DNA of 63,581 bases, the filler included, from Platydemus manokwari (Eukaryota), in assembly GCA_037951405.1 (NCBI GenBank). It is 6 parts of 6 records of this genome, joined end to end, with 100 filler letters (N's around TTAATTAATTAA, not from the genome) between each part and the next. Parts side by side here need not be neighbours in the genome. Positions count along the whole stretch, not along the records: positions 1 to 9,908 come from JBBMOY011190322.1; 5 more parts are not named here. One strand, given 5' to 3'. This document shows, piece after piece, positions 1-10,008 of the stretch. The notes beneath the pieces are model-generated. The model ran no database searches, was not told the DNA's origin, and saw only the letters and a list, made by a program, of their open reading frames with translations. Numbering within the stretch: position 1 is the stretch's first letter; the number at the start of each line of letters is the position of its first letter. The position numbers and the translations under genes are program-made.

Positions 1-719
1 CCATTTGGTCTTTCGCATTTCCCGTTAGTTTGCGGGTGGTATGCCGATGTGGTTAGCTTTGTAATTCCGAAAAACTGGTTTACTTGATTTATGATTTGAC
101 TTAGGAATTCGGTACCTCGATCGGTGAGTAACTTTTTTGGTACACCATATCGAAAGATTATTTCTTCGACAAAGATACGAGCTATTGTGTCGGCGGTATG
201 GTTTGAGATTGCGAAAACTTCAACCCATCGAGTAAGATGGTCGCAAAATACTAGAACGAATTTGTTCCCTTGTTTGGTGGTTGGCAGTGGTCCGACGACG
301 TCCATGGCGACAATTTCCATTGGTGCGCCTGGAGTTGGCATTGCCTTCATTGGTACCTTGAATTTCTTTCCTGTGTTCCGTCTGGTTTGGCATACCTTAC
401 ATGTTGTACACCATTCATGTATATCTTTTTTCATATTTAGCCAATAGTATTTTTGTCGGATACGGCTCATGGATTTCCTAGCGGACAGGTGTCCTCCTAA
501 GGTTCCGTCGTGATATTGTAGAAGTACTATGCTCCGTAGGACTTTGGGTAAGACGATGGGATGGTTTGTGTCTGTTTGATACTTTACGATATCGGCTTGG
601 ATAACAAATCTCCCTTGTTCTCCTTTGATTTGTTTGAGCTTTTTGGTTTCTGATGTAAGGTCTACTCGTTTCGTGATTTCTGACCATTGTTTGGTTTTGT
701 CTTCTATTGTTTTCACGAT
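1..719 (-). pseudogene. Integrase (HHCC zinc finger + DDE core), continuing past the window start
   Basis: Reading on in the RT/RH frame past the TAG at 720-722 gives HDGTLGGHL...YYWLNMKKDIHEWCTTCKVC (HHCC), IVAMDVVGPLP (D), LLTDRGTEF (D), TSAYHPQTNGKCER (E). Confidence 0.93.
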
Positions 720-2224
720 CTACATGATGTCATCGTCCTCTTTATGTAATGCTGCTATATCGTATAGGTTACTCAATGTTTGGTTAGCGGTGAGTACAGT
801 TTCTGTGGTGACTTCGTATTCTGTAGGATCGGCTCGGGACAATGCCTCGGCATTCCCGTTGGCTTTACCTTTTCTATAACACAGTTTGATATTGTATTGT
901 TGCAGCTTTAATGTCCATCTGATGAGTCTTGAAGCTGTGTCTCTATGTTGTAAAAACCATTGTAGGGGTTTGTGATCCGTGAGTACGTGTATTTCTTGTC
1001 CATATACGAACGTCCTAAATCTTTCTACAGCGTAGACGATAGCAAGGGCTTCGAGTTCAATTACAGCGTAATTTTTCTCGTGTGTTTTTAGACCTCGGCT
1101 AACGTAGGCTATTGCGTCCTCGTTTCCTTGTTTATCGATCTGTCCTAAGACGGCTCCTATTCCATATCCGCTTGCGTCCGTCATGATTATAAACGGCTTA
1201 CTCATATCCGGATGTCTCAAAATGGGTTCCTTGAGTAGCTGTTCTTTTAATTGGTCGAAGGCTTGCTTCTGCTCCTGTTGCCATTGAAATGGTTTATTCT
1301 TCTGTAACAACGTTGTGAGTGGAAGGGCTATGGCGACGCAGTTCCGTATAAATTTTCGATAGTAGTTGACTAGGCCTAGGAATTCTTGTACCTGTTTCAC
1401 CGTCTTCGGTGGTGGGAATTTGGCTACTTTTTGTGTGTATGCTGGATCAGGTTTTACTCCCTCTCCAGACACTACGTGTCCTAGGTATTTTACTTCTCGT
1501 TTGGCCCATTCACACTTTGTGGGTTTGAGCTTGACCTGCACTTCGATGACCTTTTGTAGTACTCTTTCGATGTCTTGGAGGTGTTCTGTGAGGCCATTAG
1601 AATAAATGATCACATCGTCTATGTAAGTTAGTGCGTGTTGCACGTCCATCAACATGATGTTCATTGCCCTTTGAAACGTGGCAGGAGCTCCAGTGAGTCC
1701 GAATGGCATGACCGTGTACTCGTACAGTCCTTTGCCGTCCGTGAAGGCAGTGATGGGAATTGATTCTTCATCCATCTCGATATTATTGTAACCTGTTTGC
1801 AGATCTAGTGCGGAGAATAGATTTGCTCCTTGTACTCGGTTGACCATATCGTCGATTAACGGCAATGGATAGTTGTCTTTTCTTGTCTGTTTGTTGACCT
1901 TGCGGTAATCGATACACATACGCATGGTGCCTTCTTTTTCTTGACTAAAACGATAGGTGATCGCCAAGGTGAGTTGCTTGGTCTGATTCTCCCTTGATCC
2001 AGCAGTGTTTGAATCTGTGTGGCTATTTCCGTTTCCATGGCTATTGGTGTATGGTAGGCTCGTTGGTCGATAGGGTTTGGGTCCATCAACTCTATCTTGT
2101 GTTTCATAATGTTGCATTTTCCCAGATCGTTTTCATGTCTGGCGAATGCCTCTGGATATCGATTGAGTAATACGGTTAGCTGCTTGCATTGTTCCGGTGT
2201 AATATCCTTGCTTTGGATTCGCAT
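720..2224 (-). pseudogene. Reverse transcriptase + RNase H (frameshifted near 1945)
   Basis: ORF 1856..2224 gives the RT start (GRIRPSNSPWRSPIVLVKKK). ORF 720..2117 continues MRMCIDYRK, LDLQTGY, YIDD (1614-1625), YLGH, then RNase H TDAS, ELEALAIV, TDHKPL, NAEALSR. Confidence 0.96.
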
Positions 2225-2269
2225 AGGCGCGTATAGTTTTCCTGTTCTAAAAGTACTGGTTCGGCTCTA

Positions 2270-2530
2270 AAAGGCTCTACTTTACCAAGTCTGGTGTTGG
2301 CATATAACGTGACAGGACTGTTGTTCACGTTCGCGATTCTGATCGGGATTTTCTCGTCTTGTGCGATGGCGATTCCATTTCCTATGGGTATTCCATATCG
2401 TTGGACAAACTCTTGGCTTGGTTCGAATACCAGTTCGGTTCCATCTGGTTGTGCTGTGTTGGCATAGTATATAGTTTCGATTCTTGGTGGGATTTCTCCA
2501 GTTTCTCCCACATAAATTTCTCTGTCGCCT
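2270..2530 (-). other. Degenerate dUTPase-like beta module between protease and RT
   Basis: IPPRIETIYYA...ELVFEP...GIAIAQDEKIPIRIANVNNSPVTLYANTRLGKVE follows the dUTPase strand pattern (I-x-V-x-x-x-N...I-x-x-G-x-R-I-A-Q-L); no intact catalytic motifs seen. Confidence 0.45.
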
Positions 2531-2589
2531 CGTCTTTTCTGTTTGGCGATGGAAATTAATTTCCCCGTGCTGCAATCGTAAACAATGTC

Positions 2590-2880
2590 TTTCAATTGCT
2601 TTATTGCGTCCTGTCCGACTACACAATGAGTTGGTGCCCACGGTGATACTCGGGCTTCGACGGTTAGCATCTGGTTGCAGATGTGTAGTCTACATGGTAG
2701 TACTCCTAATAGAGGCAGTTTTGTTCCGTTGATTCCTACTATGGGCAGTTGGTTCTCATCTTTAATGAGGTTCTGCATCTCTATGTGGTTTAGTATTTCC
2801 GGTCTGATGATAGTGACATCAGCGCCTGTATCTATTAGTGCCATTACTGAGTGGCGGTTAAGCTTTATCTGCATGAGTCC
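2590..2880 (-). CDS. Retropepsin-like aspartic protease domain inside ORF 2176..3690
   Basis: VMALIDTGADVTII (DTGA at 2821-2832), flap IVGINGTK, and C-terminal CVVGQDAI (ILG-x-D equivalent). Confidence 0.93.
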
Positions 2881-3329
2881 GTTTCGACCTGTACTGGCTA
2901 CGTTGACGTACTCTACCAATCCCCGTTGGTTTTGTCGTTTGATCCTTATGTCATCTTCCTGGTTGTCGATCATTGCCTGTAGCTCCATTGTAGGATAAGT
3001 TTTCCGTTTGTCATTTCCGGATTTCCCTACTGATTCCTTGAATTCCTGATCGTTTGAATCTCCTTGTCTGATTGGTACGTCTGGCTCGACTTGAACTAGG
3101 CGGTAAGGTGGTGCACTGACGGTTGGCTGGTGCCACTGGATGTCTTCCATGGGTATTCGTCTACCTTTTGGTTTAATTCTTTCTGTCCAATTTTTAAAAG
3201 CGTTAGAATATTCTTCATCGCTGTCGTCGTTTGTTGGCCAGGTTGGTTTCCGGATGATGTGTCGCTTTTCCTCCATCCACGTTTTCATTTGTTGTATTTC
3301 CCTTCGGTGTTGTGCATGTATAGAGTGGT

Positions 3330-5150
3330 CGGCGCAAGGTGGACATAGTACCAATAAAATTCTTCTGGTGCATCCGAAGATTCGGTATAATAAAAATGCT
3401 GTCATTGCTCGATGGAACACTACGTATAATAATGTACACGTGACGTAGATGCCCGTGCATCCGGCAAAGAATGTTCCAAACGTCATGAAGCTACCCCAGA
3501 TTTGGTACATGACATTAACGGCGGCTTTCTTGTAATGTTCGGAGGTAAACAGGTTTTCATAGTCTGGCGCACTCCTTGATCTATCATGATAAATTCGTCT
3601 GATTATCTCGGTAATGCCTAGATCCCTTAGTTGCGAAAACATTAACGCTCGTCGTGCATCTTCGATATCTTTAGGATTGTATAGTCGCATGTGAGTTTAT
3701 CAGTTCTAAACTGACACATCCCTCTATTACACTGAGATTTAGTGTCTGCACTGGTAGGTGTGGTAATCCTCTTGATGGTAGTGTCATCCATGAGTTCTTA
3801 ATTTTGTATAGTGGCGCGAAAAATGGGGTGCACGTTCCCTTTGTAGGCTTGGCGTTTGGCTCCAATAATATCCTGGTGATTGGAACCATGTATCTGGTTT
3901 TCCCTTGATACGTGACTTTTAATTCGTTTGTGCATTCGTGCCCGTGTGCCATCATGACTTCTACCTCTGTATAGCGAAACTCGTACCAGACTTCTCCATT
4001 TACCTTGCCATATTGTCCTTTTTCCATGATGATGGGTGTGATTAAGTCTGGGTTGGCTCTGGCAAATAACTAATCGGTTCCGTAGGATTTCTTTATCTCT
4101 TTGGCAAATGGCAATTAGTGTTTCCTGGTAGATCTCGAGTAGCTGTGACTGTAAGTCATGGTAGAGGAAGTCAAATTTATTGTAGCTAGCTAGTTTAATG
4201 TCATTCTTGTGGAGGGTTTGCGCATTTTCCAGCTTTTCCTTGCTGTAATGGACACCTTCGTAAATAGTACTGTATAGTATCGTAGCACACTTCGTGATTG
4301 GTGCTTTGGTTACAAGCCGGATTGCGTCGGAAGACTTGTTTGACATCAGTATTGTAGGTACTGCTCGTTCTTTCACGTTTGAGTGCTCCTTGGCTCCTCC
4401 TAATTGTTTGTTAGTTACTTGGGTGCCTGTTCGTTTCTCATAAACTAGCTTGGTACTAGTTATGGCAATGAATGGTCCGCTCTTCAGTAGCGTTAGTCCA
4501 CAGTGGTCTGCTTCAGGTGGGCGGTAGCTGAGTACTCCCCCATTGACTCTACAATTTCCGTGTCGTAAGTGACACTTTGGGTATTGTGTCATTAATCCGG
4601 TTTTGGCATCAAATGTCGCCTCGAAAAAGTGTAGCTCCACTCGGTAATCTTCATTGGTTATTACCCAGGAGGTAGAGACTCCGTCCCGGAACTTGGTTCG
4701 TCCGTTACATTCTCCATTATGAGCTATTTTTCCACCTCAGGTTACTGTCTCTTGCGTGATCATATTTGGTTCAACTTTTAGGCTTAATTCAGTGTCAATT
4801 CGCAGTTTCTTGGTTACGAATGCACCTTGGCAGTCGGTTGGTGCTATGTTCAGCATTCGTGGGATTAGTTTAGCGTCTAGTATCGCTATTCTACTATGAT
4901 ATCCGCAGAGGTACTCGAAAGTTGCTACCTCAACTCGGCATTCTTGTACCATGGCTCGTATGAAGTCATTTTCTTGGTAGGTGTAATAAGTGTCCGGTTC
5001 ACTTTTCTGTAGCTGGTACGGTTGCACAGATGGGCAATTTATAAAGTCCACTAGAGAGTAGATATTGGATATCTCTGCTTTTCCGTAGTCATAGGCTTGA
5101 AGTAGAGTGGTTTTCCCTATTAGACTCATGATTAGTTGGATTTTGAGTTG
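3330..5150 (-). pseudogene. Chuvirus/Jingchuvirales-like envelope glycoprotein, split by one stop (4737-4739) and two frameshifts (~4045, ~3690)
   Basis: Colinear blocks match the chuviral G pattern as I recall it: AYD(Y) for GYDC; YSLVDFINC; ECRVEVATFEYLCGYHS; GKIAHNGECNG; ASYNKFDFLYHDLQSQLLEIYQETLIAIC; GQYGKVNGEVWY; ECTNELKVTYQGKTRYMVPITRIL; LYNPKDIEDARRALMF; IWGSFMTFGTFFAGCTGIY, followed by a hydrophobic TM segment (3415-3501). Confidence 0.85.
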
Positions 5151-6390
5151 TCCTACTAAATCGTATCCTTGGTTGCTTGGGTCAGCTTTGTCGGTTGCTT
5201 TATGATTTAGGTTTAAGGCGGTCCATCAACCTTTGCCTTCTAATCATTGGATTAGGTATCTTTGGCATGTCTGTGTTGCTTGCATGACGACATCTTTAAA
5301 ATGACTCGGTTCCTGATATGATGAGGTGACGACCTGTTGTATCAGGCATGTGAGGGCTACTTTTACGCGTACCAGTGTCAGCCGTCCTGAGTTAGTTCAG
5401 CTATAATGGTACGTGGGTTGGCATCTCCCTGGTTTAGTATCTGTTTCATCTTTGGCAGGTATCTTTGGATTGCGCGTATAACTCCTTCGTACCCTTCGGT
5501 TTCTCGGTTTGGGATCCGTAAATTATGCGGTTCTAACCCATGTGCTAATGTTAAAAAGATTGTTTTGATATCCGTGTCTCGGGTATCGGGGTTAGCGTCT
5601 GCGATTTTTTTCAGGATTTTCGCCTGGCTTCTGGCGCAAGTTTCCTCTTTTCGTTCCTCCATGAGGGGTGGTACCCTCTCTGAGTTAGGTGGTCTACCTC
5701 TTTTCCGTTTGTTGAACGCTTGTGGTTCGGTTTCTGGTTCGTGCGTGATTTCCATGGTGGGCTCTATCTCGTTTTGTGTTTGGCCTTCTACGGGGATATT
5801 CCTTTCGAATTCGGTGAGGTACTCGACGATTGGTGTGTTTAAAAATGCATCCAAATCGACCTCGTAGTTTGGCTGGATCTCGTTTGGTGGATCCACATTG
5901 ATTGGCTCCATTCCGGGTTCTTCTGGTTCGGGCGGTTTCAGAAGTGTGATAGTGGCTCATTTCCACTGGTCTACCATAGGTACTGGTATTACTTTAGCTG
6001 TGGTGATGTGCCCAGGCAGGCATCCTACATCGACCAAGTATTCATCGTCGTCTACAGGATGTTCCCATATTGCTATGATGAATGGTTCCCGTACGGGTTG
6101 TGCTTTCTTGATGGCGATTCTCAGCCGTTTTACTTTGCAATAAATAGATTGCTGTGTTTCCCATGCTCCGAATTCTGGAGTGTGAGTCTGTATTGTGACG
6201 GAAAGCCGCGACAGTGGGCTGCGCCTCATCAGATGTCCGTTTCTCTGTAGAAGTAGTTAAATTTCTACTTGGTACTCAGAAGGCTTTCTAAGTTGCGTTA
6301 CTAGCATTAGTGTTACTTTTTCTATGACATCGGTTGGCACGGTGACTTGGATTATGTCTCCTAGCATTTTCTTGATCCATGGGGCATCAC
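5150..6390 (-). pseudogene. Uncharacterised coding region X between nucleocapsid and glycoprotein
   Basis: One frame from ~6390 to 5378 with internal stops at 6257-6259 and 5957-5959 joins ORFs 5957..6229 and 5378..5911. A shift near 5390 enters the glycoprotein frame (stops at 5244-5246 and 5226-5228). Contains an acidic Pro/Glu tract and KRKRGRPP. Confidence 0.65.
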
Positions 6391-7520
6391 CCTTTCAAGT
6401 TCCGGTGGTAGACGTTCTGCCTTTTTCTTTTCTTCCTTAGTCCTCTGGATTGTGACAAGGACGTTTTCAGTTGTGATAGCTGTGGTTGGCTCTGAGTCAC
6501 CGGCAAGGTGCTTTTCCTCTGCGGTCATTACTCGGTCAGCTCCTGTGTTGGCTGGTGAAGAGTGACTTCGTTCAGCACCTGTATTGGCTGGTAACGAGTG
6601 GTTTCGTTCAGTGTACTCCGTGACAGGAGTAGTGTTGCTGGGGAATGTTCGGGTTCCATCCCCTTCCTCTTGGTAATAGAACATTAGTGTGACAGCCCTT
6701 GATTTCTCTGGTATGGCGTGTGCCATGAAACATTGTTCCTGTTGGTTGACCCGTTCAATCCTGTGCTTCTCAGCTAGGTATTCCTGTTCTAGCTGCTGTA
6801 GGAGGGTCCTTTGTCCACCAGATGTGAGTTTCTCGGCGGCGATGAACGCGTTTTGCGGTCTGTTTTCAGGTTCCTGGGTCCTCGGGTTGACCCGTTTTAT
6901 GTTACATGTTTTGGCTAGATGTCCATAGCGCTGGCAGTTGTAACACTGTATTTTTCCGACTGTATTGACTTTTTTCTTTTGAAGTTGTGCCTGTTGTCGG
7001 CAAACTTTTCCTATATGTCCTTTTCTGTTCCAAAGCTCACACTGTAGGCTAGTGATTTTGAATGCGCTCGTGATGTGGTTGTTGCGCCCACATCGTTGGC
7101 ATTGTACGTCTTGAATGGACGGTTTTTTAGTCCATGTCCATGCTGTCCGCATTGGAAGCAATTCAGGGTTGGTTTGACTGGATTGTTCCTCTGGTAGTGC
7201 TGTCCCTGTGATTCGGGGATCTGTATGGCTCCTTTTGCTCTGGTAAGACATATACTTATTCTTGATTGACCTTTCCTATTTCGATGAGTCTGGCTTTGCG
7301 TAACAGTTCGTCAAAATCATCTCCCACGTGCAGGCTGAGTGCTGCTCGGATTGGTGGGAGGAACCCTTCCCAGAGTGTGTCTTTTAGGTCATATTCTGTG
7401 TTTGGCGGCCACTCTTCTCTGGGTCCATATGCTCGCTCGGCCAAAATAGCTAACTGGTGTGCAATTCACCGGCATGTTCTTCTGGTAACTGTTTCCTTTC
7501 CATATATTTCGATAGTAGAA
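6361..7520 (-). pseudogene. Gag (capsid C-terminal part + three zinc knuckles), 5'-truncated and frameshifted
   Basis: MHR-like RKQLPEEHAGE/AHQLAILAERAYG and capsid-like LWEGFLPPIRAAL...LLRKARLIE. Knuckles: CQRCGRNNHITSAF (last C lost), CELWNRKGHIGKVC (second C lost), CYNCQRYGHLAKTC (intact). Confidence 0.88.
6536..6607 (-). repeat. 36-bp in-frame tandem duplication in Gag
   Basis: Encodes ERNHSLPANTGA / ERSHSSPANTGA. Confidence 0.85.
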
Positions 7521-9908
7521 GATTATCACGGATCAAGAATCAGTAAATGACCAGTATGATTTTTAAAAGACCCGACAATAAGATAAAATTTTGTAAAATA
7601 CTGATTCATATCATTCACCGTTGTATCTATAACTGCAGAGGTTTGACCACAAAACCTTGAAGGTAATTAGTTTTTCTCCTATAAGTGACGTCTATTTAGC
7701 GTGAGCTTCATCCAGAAATTGTAAGTCTCAGCATAAAGTTCAGTTTATAGTGCAGTGCTGCAATAACTTAATTTTTATCCTTTAATTTATCTTTAAATTG
7801 CATTTGTGTCATTTAGCAATAAAATTTTAAATAAATAACCTTAGTTATTGATTGGTTGGTGATTTTCGATCTTAAATTGTCACTAATCACAACATCAACA
7901 ATCTTGTGGTTGGGACAAAGTCGGATATCATATGAATCGAATTCGATTGAAAATTAAATCAATTCAATAACTAATGCTTCGTAATCAATAAACAAAATTG
8001 TCAGGGAAGTGATAATATTTATCCATTTTCGTCAGATTGAGAGACAAATATAAATGAAATAATGGTAAATCACATTATATCTGGAATAAAATGAATACTT
8101 ATTAAATTATCTACGTCATATTTCGATTCTAATGAAAGTTAATTATATCAAAGAAAGTTAAAGTGCTTCATTAATCCTTCATTAACTATCATAATATGCA
8201 AAATGCTGTCACATTTATTAAAGTACAGTTATAATTTCAAATCTTTTATAAACTGAGATAGTATCATTCAAACAATTAATATATCCACGTGAAACATAAA
8301 GTACACAGTAACACCCTAAATCATACTCAATGTTATTAAAAGCGTTGTTTAGAAATGAACCAATTAATATTTAGGCTATTCATCGAGACTGGGTATATGT
8401 CCCCCCTAATATATGCAAGAATTAATTAGAAATTATTGTAAAAAATTGCCCGAATGATAATCATACGTTGGACAGACTACTTCTGTAAATAGTTTCATCA
8501 CATCAAGGCACTGAATGTCAGACAGATCATTATTTATTAATTAATTACCGTCAGAGAATATAAACAAAATAAATAAATGCTCGCCATGCTGAGATGTGCA
8601 CTTAATATTCACTAAAGTTACAATATAATAAAGTTTTATCTGAAAATTTAACAAAAATATTTACGAAATAAACGATATACATGTGCAGTACTACCAATCA
8701 TTTACTAGATAAAAGCACAAAAATATTTATTTATGAATATATAATATTTCATTTATCCCATGAAATCTGATGTCATTCGTTTTCAAAATTGCACTTTATT
8801 AAACAATCAAATTTTAAACGGTTTCGATATCTGTTGTTCATTGAAGAAATTTATATTTGTAAATAAACGAAGCAGTGATGAACTTAGTTGATGAAAAATG
8901 TTCCCATATTGGAATACAATATGTTACTTTATCAGTCATTAAAATGTGGAACATGAATTGAAGTGATTGAAAGAATATTATCTTTATCCCAAAATACACA
9001 AATAATTATTCACGGAACAAAGTAAAATCAACATTTGATGTGAAAGCGATATTTATTAAAGAAGATCTGGTAATATTGGCTGGATAAAAGAGTCGCTGTT
9101 GAATAAATTGGAATTGATAACTTCAAATGTCCAGACGTTAAATATAATTTTTATGTCCGTGAGGAAGAATCGTTGAACATATAACTGCTGTAATATATTA
9201 TTTCCTATTATATCAGCATTATTGACTTCAGGATAAATCTCTCTGGAGTATGAAATCTGAGAGAAATTCCATTTGTAATGGATTTCAAATTGAGCTACGA
9301 CTATGATAGATGAAAGTGGCTAAATAAGATAATTAATTAAAAATAATAATTATATTATAATTAACTATAATTCGTATATAAAGTACATATTATCAACTTG
9401 TTTGAATAAATGAAAAATATTAAATAAAATTGTCCAAATTTTTTGTTGAAATTCATTAGATGGTGACTTTGTTGGAAATATTTAATTTTAAATTATATTT
9501 TCATGTTTTAGAATCTCAAAGTACATACACACTAGGCTACGCCTTTTAAATAGATTCCGCGCGTTTTATTGTTTTATTCAAATAAACTTTATTATTTCAT
9601 TTTGTTTAAATTCAGTACAGCATATATAGCATAAGTTATACAAATTATTCATATTTGTACTTATATATTTGTAAATAGTATAACGCATTGTTATGCCTTT
9701 CTTTATACATCGTTTCATAAGACTTCACCTTTTGAGTTAGGTTACTAATAATTTTTGGATTAATCATTATGGATTAATGAATTACCATTAGATAATATAA
9801 ACAAAATAATTAAATGCTTGTAGCACTGAGGGTTAAACTCGATATTTATTGGAGTTACAATAAAATAAAGTTTGGTGAGAAAATTTAACAAAATGTTGAT
9901 GATGATGG

Positions 9909-10008
9909 NNNNNNNNNNNNNNNNNNNNNNNNNNNNNNNNNNNNNNNNNNNNTTAATTAATTAANNNNNNNNNNNNNNNNNNNNNNNNNNNNNNNNNNNN
10001 NNNNNNNN
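9909..10008. other. Artificial contig linker N44-TTAATTAATTAA-N44
   Basis: Identical 100-bp structure recurs five times; the 12-mer has stops in all six frames. Confidence 0.95.

Larger units (their letters stand above)
1..7520 (-). mobile_element. Degenerate Ty3/gypsy (Metaviridae-like) LTR retrotransposon carrying a chuvirus-like envelope gene between gag and pol; 5'-truncated inside gag, 3' part runs off the window
   Basis: Minus-strand order Gag-X-G-PR-RT-RH-IN. Gypsy-type RT motifs (MRMCIDYRKVN, MPFGLTGAPATFQRAMN, YIDD) and integrase after RNase H. Visibly higher GC than the flank, with an abrupt shift near 7500-7550. No 5' LTR or PBS seen. Confidence 0.95.

Noticed and set aside
1945-2117. 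First ~60 aa of the 465-aa ORF (MQHYETQDR...)
   Set aside because: Out-of-frame read; the true RT start is in ORF 1856..2224 up to the frameshift near 1945.
124-7550. Many plus-strand ORFs over the retroelement (e.g. 5406..5867, 2675..2998)
   Set aside because: Antisense shadows of the minus-strand coding sequence; no recognisable motifs.
8900-9310. Possible hAT transposase relic (MWN...IERILSL)
   Set aside because: One weak motif across a frameshift; not enough.
7520-9908. Search for the element's 5' LTR and PBS
   Set aside because: Gag similarity ends near 7520 and the flank is AT-rich with no PBS or TG...CA unit I could support.
9953-9964. Recurring TTAATTAATTAA as a biological repeat or CRISPR-like spacer
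   Set aside because: Always centred in exactly 44+44 Ns; an assembly linker.
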